A stretch of 64,000 nucleotides of DNA. Origin: Cyanobacteriota bacterium. GTDB taxonomy: Bacteria > Cyanobacteriota > Cyanobacteriia > Thermostichales > Thermostichaceae. The position numbers and the translations under genes were made by a program. The notes beneath the pieces are model-generated. The model had not been told where the DNA came from and did no database searches. It saw only the letters and a program-made list of their open reading frames with translations. This document shows positions 40,751 to 50,505 of the stretch, piece after piece; position 1 is the first letter of the stretch; each line of letters begins with the position of its first letter. The DNA lies in contig JANRIL010000028.1 in the NCBI GenBank assembly GCA_033764955.1, positions 1-64,000 on the forward strand, in the 5' to 3' direction.

Positions 40751-42007
40751 CTAATCCGGGATCCCATGATTGGACGGAAGACTGGGATCTGTTTCGGAGA
40801 TAGCCGGAGAAGGGGTGGGATTGAGTAGATTGGGTTCCAAGGGAGCGAGTGGATCCGGAGCAAGCGGATCCGGACTGGTATTCAACTCGCTGGCTGGGCT
40901 AGGTTCGGGGGAGACGGCTGGCGGGATCGCTGGGAGATCGCTGGGTAGGCTGGAGGGCGGCTGAGGGGATCGCGGCAGAAACGGGAGTAAGGAGGGGCTA
41001 GGGGAGGGAGATACGACATCTTGACTACGCACCTCTTGGGTTTGGCTAACCTGCAAAACTAGGGTAAAAGCCTGACTCAATTGACTCAGCACATACTCCT
41101 CTAGTAACTGCACCTGCCTGGGGGTAATGGGTTCGTTAGCCCGCACGCTCAGGAGTACCTCTGGGGGAGATGTCCGCCAGTTAAACTCGGTGTTGAGCAA
41201 CTGCACCCGTTGAAAGGTGACGGTTCCCCGTAGCAGATTGCGCCGCAGAGCTGTTTCCAGATGGGCTTGGGTGAGAAGGCGGCTCAAGCTAGCCCCCAGT
41301 GGCAGCAGTAGCACCCCCACCAATCCCGCCATCCAGAGGAGGGGAAATCGGGCTTTTTGCAAGTTGGCATAGCCCATTGCCCAAAACACCACCATACAAG
41401 CCAGAGCAATTCCCAACAAATTCGTCAAAAACAGGAGCGTCGCGCCCTGGCTAACCGGCCCATCCAGTTGAGAAAGCCCCAGCCCAATCACACAAACCGG
41501 AGGCATTAAAGCGACGGCAATCGCCACTCCCGCTAAACTGTCAGCAATCTGCGTGCGTACCCGTGCAAACGCCCCAATTGCCCCCGCCGCCAGTGCTACC
41601 CCCAAGTCCAGCAGGTTGGGCTGGGTGCGCGCCAAAATCTCGCTCGTCCAGGATGGCAGATCGACCCAGCGCCCCAATAGCCAAGACAGTCCAATGCCAC
41701 AGCCCGTCCCGACCAAAAGTGAGAAGAGCGCCGTTCGAAACAGGACAACATTACCCGTCAACGCTCCCAAGGCTACACCGCGAATTGGCAACATCAGGGG
41801 AGCCACAATCATCGCCCCAATGATCACCGCTGTACTGTTTGCCAACAACCCCAACGTAGCAATCACACAAGAGGAGATGATTAGCATCAGGTAGTTGAGA
41901 CTGGGGCGGGATTCTTCCAGCAAATCGGCAGCCAATCGAGATCCATCCGCTGGCTGCACCTTAGCCGGGATCCCAAGTGGATCAGGGGGTGGATGATCGG
42001 AGGGCAT
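40751..42007 (-). CDS. DUF389 membrane protein with Pro-rich tail
   Basis: IATLGLLANSTAVIIGAMIVAPLM, EILART.P, GVAIAVALMPP. Confidence 0.85.
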   Translation of the reverse strand: MPSDHPPPDPLGIPAKVQPADGSRLAADLLEESRPSLNYLMLIISSCVIATLGLLANSTAVIIGAMIVAPLMLPIRGVALGALTGNVVLFRTALFSLLVGTGCGIGLSWLLGRWVDLPSWTSEILARTQPNLLDLGVALAAGAIGAFARVRTQIADSLAGVAIAVALMPPVCVIGLGLSQLDGPVSQGATLLFLTNLLGIALACMVVFWAMGYANLQKARFPLLWMAGLVGVLLLPLGASLSRLLTQAHLETALRRNLLRGTVTFQRVQLLNTEFNWRTSPPEVLLSVRANEPITPRQVQLLEEYVLSQLSQAFTLVLQVSQTQEVRSQDVVSPSPSPSLLPFLPRSPQPPSSLPSDLPAIPPAVSPEPSPASELNTSPDPLAPDPLAPLEPNLLNPTPSPAISETDPSLPSNHGIPD

Positions 42008-42048
42008 AGCAAATTATAAATAGATATAGAGAAGGGGCTGTTCAGAGC

Positions 42049-42330
42049 CTAAACTGAAGTTCCCTCCAAGAGTCGATCCAACTTGCCCATTGCCTCTAGG
42101 TGGTGAATATCATCACACCCCCCCACGTGCTGATCGTTGATGAAAATCTGCGGTAGGGAGCGGCGACCATGAGCACGTTCCGCCATTTTGGCACGGGCGG
42201 CTTCATCGCCATCAATCGCATACTCGGTGTATTTCACCCCTTTTTGATCTAAGAGATGTTTTGCGCGAATGCAAAAGGGGCAGCTTCGCCAAGTATAGAT
42301 TTCTACGGTGGCAGGCTGGGGTGCAGACAT
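42049..42330 (-). CDS. grxC: Glutaredoxin 3
   Basis: CPFC, SLPQIFI, GGCDD. Confidence 0.93.
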   Translation of the reverse strand: MSAPQPATVEIYTWRSCPFCIRAKHLLDQKGVKYTEYAIDGDEAARAKMAERAHGRRSLPQIFINDQHVGGCDDIHHLEAMGKLDRLLEGTSV

Positions 42331-42642
42331 AGACACTATCAATAATGGAGATAAAATGACTAAGAATCATACTAACATTCTTGATATAGGAATCTTCTGG
42401 AGCAAAATATCCATCAATTAAAAATGGTCTAATAACCTCCCAGATACCCTTGACAACTATACGGAATCACTTCTATTCAAAATCCCTATCAATCACCAAT
42501 TTCCACAAGTTTTTTATAAAGAAGCTGGCATAACAGTCGGCCTGGATGGATCGAACTCGGCTCGTCAATGATGGCCGAGGGATCCCAAAGGATTCCTAAA
42601 GGATCCCTATTCGGGCAAACCGGATGACTAGCCAATAAATAG

Positions 42643-43365
42643 CTATTCCGCAAACTCGGCAATAACTACGGTAATGTTATCTCTGCCCCCGTGAGCTTTA
42701 GCCGCCTCGATCAACTGCATAGGCAGGGTTTCCAGATCCGGAGTTTTTTGGCAAAACTCGGCAATCTGGTTATCATCTAGCTCTTCCGTCAGGCCATCAC
42801 TACAGAGCAATAGGCGATCTCCTACTCGGATCGTCACAGGCTGGACGGCTGGGGATCCAGTATCCGGTCGCCCCAAACAGCGCTCCAGAATATGCCGCCA
42901 GGGATGAGCGCGGGCTTGCTCCACCGTTAACTCCCCTTGCCGGATGGAACGCGCCACCAAGGTATGATCTTCCGTCATCTGATCCATCTTGGAGCCACGC
43001 AGGCGATAGAGTCGAGAGTCACCGATGTGGGCACTCCAACAATTTTCGTTGGGATCCACCATGACAGCGACAACCGTAGTCCCCATATCCGCTCGCTCAG
43101 GGTTACGCCGTTGATCCGCCAGAATGGATTGATTGGCCGACTCGACGGCTTCTACCAACAACTGAGGAGCCTGGACACTTTTCCAGCCCGCCTCGATTTT
43201 TTCACGGATGGCCTCTACGGCGAGCAGGCTAGCTGTCGCTCCGGCAGCATGACCACCCATACCATCCGCCACGATAAAGAAGCGTCCCTCAGGGTCGCAG
43301 TAATAAGCATCCTGATTGTTGCTACGAACTTTTCCAGGATCGGTTGCAGAGGCAAATCGCATCAC
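42643..43365 (-). CDS. PP2C-family Ser/Thr phosphatase (PphA-like)
   Basis: R.NNQD, VADGMGGH, MGTT, HIGDSR, CSDGL, GG.DNIT. Confidence 0.93.
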   Translation of the reverse strand: MMRFASATDPGKVRSNNQDAYYCDPEGRFFIVADGMGGHAAGATASLLAVEAIREKIEAGWKSVQAPQLLVEAVESANQSILADQRRNPERADMGTTVVAVMVDPNENCWSAHIGDSRLYRLRGSKMDQMTEDHTLVARSIRQGELTVEQARAHPWRHILERCLGRPDTGSPAVQPVTIRVGDRLLLCSDGLTEELDDNQIAEFCQKTPDLETLPMQLIEAAKAHGGRDNITVVIAEFAE

Positions 43366-45092
43366 ATCATTCGCTCTGATCGTTCTAGTCTGATCATGAC
43401 CCGTATTAGTGCCGCCGCTGCTAGGCTCGCTAACAGAAGGGCAATGAATGCTAAGGTAGCATGACTGGCCACAAATAGGTGCGTTCCCGCCAGAATAAAC
43501 GTACCAAAAAGTAGGGCATAGATAGTTCCCATCCCGAGGGCAGCAATTTTTCGTAAAAGTCGCTCACTTTCGGTGGCTCTCACCCGTAGCCGCAGATCCC
43601 CCTGTTCTAATTTAGAAAGGGTCATTTCGATGCGGCGGGGTAGGCTGAGGCTGGTGCTGGTAAATTCCACCGCCTGCCGCCCCACCTGAGTCAGCAGGGT
43701 TTCTCCATCCGTCGCATTTAAGGTCAACAATTCGTCCGTAAAAGGACGAGCCACCTCCATAAAATTGAAGTCGGGATCCAACCCTTTGCCCAACCCCTCC
43801 AGGGTGGTCATGGCTCGCATCACAAAGGTAAAGGTGGCCGGAAAACGAAAGGGCTGATCGTAGGCCAGCTCATACAGATCCTCACTGATGGCCGTCATGG
43901 AGATATTCTCTCCGTCAAAGGGGCGATCCATAAAGTGATCCAGCATGTACTGCACCGAGCGGCGCACCGGAGCCATGTCCGCCGTTGGCACCAGCGCCCC
44001 CAAATCCACTAGCGATTGCACCACCAGATCGCCATTCTTGGAGGCAATGCCCGTCAGGGTAACCATCAGCTTTTCTTTGATGTCGGGGCGGATGCGACCC
44101 ATCATGCCAAAGTCATAAAAAACCAGCGTGCCATCCGGTCTAACAGCAATATTGCCGGGGTGGGGATCCGCGTGAAAGAAGCCATCCTTGAGCAGTTGCC
44201 GCAGGTAGGAATGTGCCCCCAGGCGAGCGATGGCTTTGCGATCCAAACCCGCTGCCGCCAAAGCCGGATAGTCACTGACTTTGATGCCCGGCATATATTC
44301 TAGGGTGAGGAGACGGCGGGAGGTATAGCGCCAGTAGACTCGTGGCACCGCCACCTGGGCGAGATCTCGAAAGTTGCGGCGAAAGGTATCGGCGTTCCGT
44401 CCTTCATTCAGATAGTCCACCTCTTCCCAGAGGGTGCGGCGACATTCCTCATAGATGCCCACCCAGTCCCGCCCCCCTTGCCCCCAGCGGGTACGATATT
44501 GAAAATATTCGGCAATCCCCCGCAAAATCTCTAGGTCAATCGTAAAGAGGCGGGTCAGGCCGGGGCGCTGTACCTTGACAACAACTTCTTCCCCTGATTT
44601 GAGTTGGGCACGGTGCACCTGCCCCAAACTGGCGGCAGCTAGTGGGGTAGCCTCAAAATAGGCGTAGATTTCAGGGATGGATTTGCCTAGCTCCTGCTCG
44701 ACGATGGCGGCAACTTGTTCGTAGCTAAAAGAAGGCACTTTGTCTTGTAGTTTAGCCAGCTCCTCCACATATTCGCTGGGGAAGAGATCGGCACGGGTGG
44801 AAAAAAATTGCCCCACTTTGATGAAGGTTGGCCCCAGGTTGAGGAGGGTTTCCCGAATCCAAATGGCACGGGTGCGCCGCCGCTTGGCCTTGCGTTCTGG
44901 GGTGGGGGATCCCCCATAGCTCCAGTTTTTTTGGTCAAGCCAACTGTAGTAGAGCAGGGTCAGGACAAACCGCCAGATATCGATCAGCCGTCCTTGGCGT
45001 GAGTAGCTGTCCCGCGCCCACCGATAGGAGGTGTAGGAGCGGTTAGAGGAAGGGGATCCCAACGAGCGGGAGGGAAGAACACTGGCACTCAA
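43362..45092 (-). CDS. ABC1/UbiB (AarF) atypical kinase
   Basis: LGPTFIKVGQ, AAASLGQVH, VVVKVQRP, FFHADPHPGN, DFGM. Confidence 0.93.
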   Translation of the reverse strand: MSASVLPSRSLGSPSSNRSYTSYRWARDSYSRQGRLIDIWRFVLTLLYYSWLDQKNWSYGGSPTPERKAKRRRTRAIWIRETLLNLGPTFIKVGQFFSTRADLFPSEYVEELAKLQDKVPSFSYEQVAAIVEQELGKSIPEIYAYFEATPLAAASLGQVHRAQLKSGEEVVVKVQRPGLTRLFTIDLEILRGIAEYFQYRTRWGQGGRDWVGIYEECRRTLWEEVDYLNEGRNADTFRRNFRDLAQVAVPRVYWRYTSRRLLTLEYMPGIKVSDYPALAAAGLDRKAIARLGAHSYLRQLLKDGFFHADPHPGNIAVRPDGTLVFYDFGMMGRIRPDIKEKLMVTLTGIASKNGDLVVQSLVDLGALVPTADMAPVRRSVQYMLDHFMDRPFDGENISMTAISEDLYELAYDQPFRFPATFTFVMRAMTTLEGLGKGLDPDFNFMEVARPFTDELLTLNATDGETLLTQVGRQAVEFTSTSLSLPRRIEMTLSKLEQGDLRLRVRATESERLLRKIAALGMGTIYALLFGTFILAGTHLFVASHATLAFIALLLASLAAAALIRVMIRLERSERMM

Positions 45093-45400
45093 GTCGATTG
45101 ACTCCGATATTTGCGTAGTTCTGAACGAAGCTGAGCCACTTCTGCCCGTAGATCGTCAAGGGTGGCTTGCAGGTCATCGGTTTTAAGGGGTTGCTGGGTG
45201 GGATCCCCGACGGCTAGAGCCTCTTCCTGCTCGGCTCGCTGGATCACATCGAATGCAAACGTTTGCCATCCCTCCTGCCACTCCAGCAGGGTTTTGCCAA
45301 ACTCGCTGGCTAGATCGGTGAGGGTATTCTCCATCCGCTCTCTCAACAGATCGGCAGTGGCGCGACCAATAAAAAAAGCCCGAACGACAGGGTTGCTCAT
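45089..45400 (-). CDS. Conserved cyanobacterial coiled-coil protein upstream of ABC1 kinase
   Basis: MSNPVVRAFFIGRA.A, DLQATLDDLRAEVAQLRSEL; 4-bp overlap with the kinase gene. Confidence 0.8.
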   Translation of the reverse strand: MSNPVVRAFFIGRATADLLRERMENTLTDLASEFGKTLLEWQEGWQTFAFDVIQRAEQEEALAVGDPTQQPLKTDDLQATLDDLRAEVAQLRSELRKYRSQST

Positions 45401-45606
45401 GAGGGGACTCTAGGTTGGGGATTGGAGGATTATTGCTAAGTCTTTACATTGGGTTACTGGAATTATATCGAATCTCAGGGATCCCCATCAGCCGAAAAAC
45501 GCGGGTTTCCTGCGGATTGCTCCATTTTGCCGATAGCCATAGTCAACTACCTGCCCCCGTGGTGAGCCGTGGACTAGACTAAGTTAGTGGATTAGATTAA
45601 CGAATC

Positions 45607-45680
45607 ATGAAAACTGTCAACATTTAGAAAGCCAAGGAATCCAAGATAGATCTTCTGCTATCTCGTGTGAAACTAGGAGA
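45607..45680 (+). pseudogene. Phd/YefM antitoxin remnant
   Basis: MKTVNI*KAK then, after a frameshift, LLLSRVKLG; resembles M.TVNIHEAKT.LS.LL.RVE.GEEI. Confidence 0.55.
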
Positions 45681-45689
45681 TGATTAGGT

Positions 45690-45885
45690 CTCGACTCGTA
45701 TGACTCAGTTAGCCGCCAAATCACTAGAAACTACAACCTCTCATGCGTTGCGAGTGTCGGCATTACCCTTACGTCATCGGGATCCTTTTGACCACATGCT
45801 GATTGCCCAAGCTTAGGTGGAGAATATGCCCCTAGTAATTACAGGCTCGGTATTTCATCGAGTGTGAGGTCTCTTTAATCTGAGC
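45690..45885 (+). pseudogene. VapC (PIN) toxin remnant
   Basis: SHALRVSALPLRHRDPFDHMLIAQA*VENMPLV with in-frame TAG at 45814-45816; N-terminal half missing. Confidence 0.8.
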
Positions 45886-46048
45886 CAGTGTTTCATCAAA
45901 ACCTCCCGGAAAGCGTATCCCTTTGTGAGTAGGGTCGTTGACGTTGATGAGTGAATGGAGAGTTTCTGAGATATTGACCCCTGGCGCACGGAAAGTTTAC
46001 CTGTGAATGTTCGAGCTTAATGGCAGCGGATCGCTGAAAATGCTGGGG

Positions 46049-46849
46049 TCATTCTATGGATCCCAGCTCTGATTCGGGGTCACTATCCTGCTCGTCGCTC
46101 TCTGTCCATGTTCGCTGCCCTTCAGCCGACTCATCGATGCCTGGTTGCTCAAAAGCAGACTCAAGATCGGCATCCATAACTGTCATGGGTTGGTGGGGTA
46201 GCCCCTCCGCCAGATCTGTCTTTTGGGGAGCCATTCCTCTCTCCAAAACCCCTACTACTTCATCGAAGATTTTGTAGGCAGCAGATCGATCCATTTTCTG
46301 CACTTGATCGATCGTCATTAGCATGGGATCCAAACCCAATCGATCGCAGACATAATCTCCCAGGTGGCCCAACAAAGCATGGATGATAAATGCCCCCAAG
46401 CGAGTGTTGACATCTAACTCCCCCTGAGCACACCCCTGCCTGACCAGTTGCCAAATATATTTCAAAGAGGTAGCACGCGAGGCTTCCAGAGATTCCGCAG
46501 CAAAAGGCAACTCACCATAGGTAGCTTGGCGCAAAAAACGATTGAGATGGGGTTGAGCCAGTTCAAACTCAAAATTGACTTCCATTAACCAGCGTAAATA
46601 AGGAAAAAAACCCATCCGTTGGCGCAAAAAGGCAAACTTCTGCTGCATCCCCTGCTCTAAGACATAAAGGTAGAGATCCTGTTTATCTTGAAAATATTGG
46701 TAGATACTGCCTTTGGCGATGCCTACCTGAGCTACAATCCGCGACACAGAGGCATTAGTGTAATCATGTCTGGCAAATTCCTCCACCGCTGCCTCTAAAA
46801 TGAGTCGTTGTTTGTCTTGAGAAAGATTGAAAAATGTTTGAGTTGGCAT
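46049..46849 (-). CDS. TetR/AcrR family transcriptional regulator
   Basis: MPTQTFFNL...ILEAAVEEFA...SVSRIV..GIAKGSIYQYFQDK HTH; acidic C-terminal tail. Confidence 0.92.
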   Translation of the reverse strand: MPTQTFFNLSQDKQRLILEAAVEEFARHDYTNASVSRIVAQVGIAKGSIYQYFQDKQDLYLYVLEQGMQQKFAFLRQRMGFFPYLRWLMEVNFEFELAQPHLNRFLRQATYGELPFAAESLEASRATSLKYIWQLVRQGCAQGELDVNTRLGAFIIHALLGHLGDYVCDRLGLDPMLMTIDQVQKMDRSAAYKIFDEVVGVLERGMAPQKTDLAEGLPHQPMTVMDADLESAFEQPGIDESAEGQRTWTESDEQDSDPESELGSIE

Positions 46850-46896
46850 AAAAGCAAGAGGAGGCAAAAGGCATAGAACAGAACTTGAGAGGAAAT

Positions 46897-48219
46897 CTAT
46901 GAGGTTTTTTTAACAAGCTCAGGCCCAGAATACCAAAAGGCAGCCGTTAAACCTAGGGCCAGAAACCCATTAAACACCAATCCCCCTGCCAAGCCCCATG
47001 GACTGATATCCACAATCAGACCGACCAACAGTGGACCCAAAATAAATCCAGCATCACTAATAGACCGAAAGATGCCCATAGCAGGTCCATAGCGATCGTG
47101 GGGGGTAACCTCAGCCGTATAAGCACCGGTGGCCGGAATACAGATTCCGGTGGCAATGCTAAACAACCCCATGCTCACACAAAAGGGAAGAAGTGTATTG
47201 GCCCATGCCAGGAGAAGCAGTGATACAGCACATAAGCCAGAACTCCACAACACCACCAGTTTGTTCCCAAAACGGTCAATGGCGGATCCGACAAAGGGTA
47301 AGGTGAAAAAATTGATAACGGTTGCGGCCATTAGAATAAGTCCGACCGTACCAGCCCCCAAACCAAAGCGATAGTAAATGGCTAAGGGCAATAAGTTTAG
47401 CTTAGCGGCAGTACGGGTAAAGAAGGTGCCAAAGGAGATCAAAGTAATCATTAAAAAGCCAGGGCTACAGAAAACCAAGCGTAAGTCACTCCCCCAATTC
47501 AAAGAATCAGAACCCAGAGAATCAGAACCTACCCTCTGGGAAGGGGGAGCAGTCCTTTTATCAGGGGATAAAGTTTCTGGCAAAGAGGTCAACGCCACAA
47601 CGATTGCCAGCAACGCCAATAGACCAAACACCCAAAAGGGAGCACGCAGCCCAAAGTGAGTAGCAATCCATCCACCAAAGGCTGGCCCTAAGGTTGTCCC
47701 TATGGAAACCGCTCCTTGATAAAGCGCCATCATTCGACCACGGGTTGGTGGGGAACTTAGATCCGCCACAGATGCCATTGCTGAGGTAATATACAGGCCC
47801 GAACCCATCCCTTGCCCAATCCGCCATAGTAGTAACAGTAGAAAGTGATCGGTGCCAGCCGCTCCAAAAGAAGATATTGCCAGGGTAACTAATCCCCCCA
47901 CCAACAAAGGCCGTCGCCCCCATCGCTGCGATAGGGATCCCGCCGGAATATTGATCAGCAAGCGGGCAATGCCAAAGACGGTGATAATCATACCCGCCAA
48001 CGTTACCCCCACCTCAAAGGTTGCTCCGTAAAGCGAGAGGACAGGGGAAACCAAGCCGATACCCATCATCACCAACATGACAATGCTCAAGAGGGGAATC
48101 AGAGCGGGTTGTTCTGCCACAATAGCCCCCCAGGAGGGGCTAGTTGAGGGAGACGTGGGTGGGGAAGCCGAAAGTGTTGGACGTGACATGATCTCAATCG
48201 GTAAGCAACAGCAGGACAT
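46897..48219 (-). CDS. MFS transporter (DHA1-like, about 12 TM)
   Basis: G.LSQRWGRR motif A, WRIGQGMG, RGRMMALYQ..GTTLGP..GG. Confidence 0.9.
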   Translation of the reverse strand: MSCCCLPIEIMSRPTLSASPPTSPSTSPSWGAIVAEQPALIPLLSIVMLVMMGIGLVSPVLSLYGATFEVGVTLAGMIITVFGIARLLINIPAGSLSQRWGRRPLLVGGLVTLAISSFGAAGTDHFLLLLLWRIGQGMGSGLYITSAMASVADLSSPPTRGRMMALYQGAVSIGTTLGPAFGGWIATHFGLRAPFWVFGLLALLAIVVALTSLPETLSPDKRTAPPSQRVGSDSLGSDSLNWGSDLRLVFCSPGFLMITLISFGTFFTRTAAKLNLLPLAIYYRFGLGAGTVGLILMAATVINFFTLPFVGSAIDRFGNKLVVLWSSGLCAVSLLLLAWANTLLPFCVSMGLFSIATGICIPATGAYTAEVTPHDRYGPAMGIFRSISDAGFILGPLLVGLIVDISPWGLAGGLVFNGFLALGLTAAFWYSGPELVKKTS

Positions 48220-48226
48220 GCCTCTC

Positions 48227-49684
48227 TTAGCGGGAACAGAACGCCATTAACAGAGAGAAGACTGTTCCTGTCAAAAACACTGTTCGATGTCCCCCCATGA
48301 ACACTTCGGGGCTAAGCCTATTGCCAGAAGCTGTTCCTAACTGAAATAACACCACCCCCAATGTGGCACCTGTGGCCTGACCGAATACCCGCACAAAGGC
48401 AACAATGCTGCCACCCGTGCCCAATTTACCCGATGGCATGGCATTCATTAGGCGGGTGTTGTTGGGAGCGGAAAAAAGCCCCATACCCAAACCCTGCAGC
48501 AAGAGGGGAAGCATCACCTGCCAGGTGGCAGGGGTAGTGGGCAAAATAGCCAGACCAAGCTGTCCGATCGCTAAGGCCAAGGATCCCAGCCGTGCCAATC
48601 GAACTGTCCCATAGCGATCGGCTAGCCATCCCCCAACTGGAGCAAATAAAGCTAGCACTAGCGAATAGCCTGTCAACAATAGACCAATTTGAGCAGGCGG
48701 CATGGCTAGCCGCTGATCCAAGAAATAGGGCACCATCAAAAGGGTAAAGTAGGCTACCAGAAACGACATAAATCCGGTGAAGGCAGCCAAACTCAAGATA
48801 GGATCCCGAAACAAGTTGACATCCAACAATGGCTGAAGTGATGCCTGCTGGCGGCGAACAAACCAGCTCCCCAAACTGAGACCAATCCCTATAACAGCCA
48901 GCAGCCGCCAATCCAACCCCCACTCAGGGGCTTGCGACAAACTCAAGATCAGACAAAAAGCTGTTAGGGCAAAGGTGATGCTTCCCCCCAGATCAACCCG
49001 CTGATCTGACTGCACGACCTCCTGCCTCGACAGTCGCCACATAAAGATGTAGGCCAAGCTCCCCCCTAACAACCCCAAGGGTAGATTGACAAAAAATAGC
49101 CATCGCCAACTGGCCGCCTGTAGGATCAAGCCACCAATAGCGGGGCCGCAGAGGGTTCCTACGGCGGCTGCCGTTGAAAGAAGTCCAATGGCTTTGCCAC
49201 GGGAGGTTTTGGGAAACACCGCACTCAAAATGGCGATGTTGTTTGCCACTAACATAGTGCTGCCAACCGCCTGCACAATCCGAAAGCCAATCGCCATTGA
49301 TAACGTGCTGGAAAGCCCCACTAAAGCGGATCCCAGCACGAAAATAAAAAATCCTAGGTTGTAAACTCGCGTTGGACCATAAACATCTGAGAGCCGTCCT
49401 ATCGTTGGCAAGAGTCCAGCCACCGTAATCAAAAAACCAGACACCATCCATTTGGCAGTTGCCAGATCTGCCTGCAAAACTCTAGCCATCGTGGGCAGAG
49501 CCGTGTTGACAATCCCTGCCGAAGAAGTGGACATAAAAGTACCAACACAAGTCGCCACCAAAACCCACCAAGGATTAAAGGGCGGGGATGAGGATGGCTG
49601 GGATCCCTCAGGCCGGTTGGGGGTAGGGTTCGTTTCGGGCTGGGGCACAAGCTCCTGTTTCACCACCGTCTTTCTCCTCTGCAT
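48227..49684 (-). CDS. MFS transporter (DHA2/EmrB-like, about 14 TM)
   Basis: IVNTALP, GRLSDVYG, FRIVQAVG, WRWLFFVNLP.G. Confidence 0.9.
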   Translation of the reverse strand: MQRRKTVVKQELVPQPETNPTPNRPEGSQPSSSPPFNPWWVLVATCVGTFMSTSSAGIVNTALPTMARVLQADLATAKWMVSGFLITVAGLLPTIGRLSDVYGPTRVYNLGFFIFVLGSALVGLSSTLSMAIGFRIVQAVGSTMLVANNIAILSAVFPKTSRGKAIGLLSTAAAVGTLCGPAIGGLILQAASWRWLFFVNLPLGLLGGSLAYIFMWRLSRQEVVQSDQRVDLGGSITFALTAFCLILSLSQAPEWGLDWRLLAVIGIGLSLGSWFVRRQQASLQPLLDVNLFRDPILSLAAFTGFMSFLVAYFTLLMVPYFLDQRLAMPPAQIGLLLTGYSLVLALFAPVGGWLADRYGTVRLARLGSLALAIGQLGLAILPTTPATWQVMLPLLLQGLGMGLFSAPNNTRLMNAMPSGKLGTGGSIVAFVRVFGQATGATLGVVLFQLGTASGNRLSPEVFMGGHRTVFLTGTVFSLLMAFCSR

Positions 49685-49835
49685 AAACCTGGCTGCTGGG
49701 AGCCTTTCACGTCGGGATCCCTATAGAAGCCAATCAAAAAGGCCAGGAGGACTGCGGGGGGTGCCTCGCCAAGCCACTGTTTCTGACCTTATTAGCCCAT
49801 AGACTGAGACCCCGCTCAGTAACCAGCCAAAGGAT

Positions 49836-50462
49836 TCAAACCAGTATGGGTAGACGAGTCCACGCATTGATCACTTCTTCGGCTGTCGCCACTACACCAA
49901 AATGACGATTGATGTTAGCCAGCGTGGCGGCATGGGCATCAGCATGACTGGTGGCTGTACAGTCGGACAAAAAGACAATGTGATAGTCGAGCATGAAACC
50001 ATCGCGGGCGGTGGACTCCACGCAAACATTGGTAGCCACACCCGTCATAATCAGGGTCTCTACCTTGAGCCGTCGCAAAACTTGATCCAACCGCGTGCCG
50101 ATGAAGGCGCTGTAGCGATGCTTATGAATAATCAAATCCTGGGGTTGCGGCTTCACCCCAAAAAACTCTGCTCCAAAGCTACCGGGGCGGCAAATGCTCC
50201 TGGAGTGGTGGCTGCGCTCTAGCCAGACATCGGAGTCTGTGGCGTCGGTATGGATAGTCTGAATGAAAATAATCGATACCCCAGATTGACGAGCTGCCTC
50301 GATCAGCCCATTCAGAGCGGGGACAATCGCTTGAGAGGCTTCAGTACTATACCCTCGCTGCCCTAGGGAACCCTCAGGATGACAGTAGTCATTTTGCATA
50401 TCTACCACTATCAAAGCGGTTTTGTGGGGGGCAACTTTTTCGGGTAAAGGCATTTTTGGCAT
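49836..50462 (-). CDS. Cysteine hydrolase, isochorismatase family (RutB-like amidohydrolase)
   Basis: ALIVVDMQND, KHRYSAF, TGVATNVCVESTARDGF (Asp-Lys-Cys triad). Confidence 0.9.
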   Translation of the reverse strand: MPKMPLPEKVAPHKTALIVVDMQNDYCHPEGSLGQRGYSTEASQAIVPALNGLIEAARQSGVSIIFIQTIHTDATDSDVWLERSHHSRSICRPGSFGAEFFGVKPQPQDLIIHKHRYSAFIGTRLDQVLRRLKVETLIMTGVATNVCVESTARDGFMLDYHIVFLSDCTATSHADAHAATLANINRHFGVVATAEEVINAWTRLPILV

Positions 50463-50505
50463 GATGAGGTTCTCCGTTTAGCGTGAAAGAGTAAAATTGA
50501 GACTT

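Noticed and set aside
45535..45600. GTCAACTACC as IS200/IS605 or IscB-associated end
   Set aside because: No following conserved hairpin or tnpA/tnpB/iscB ORF; match too short
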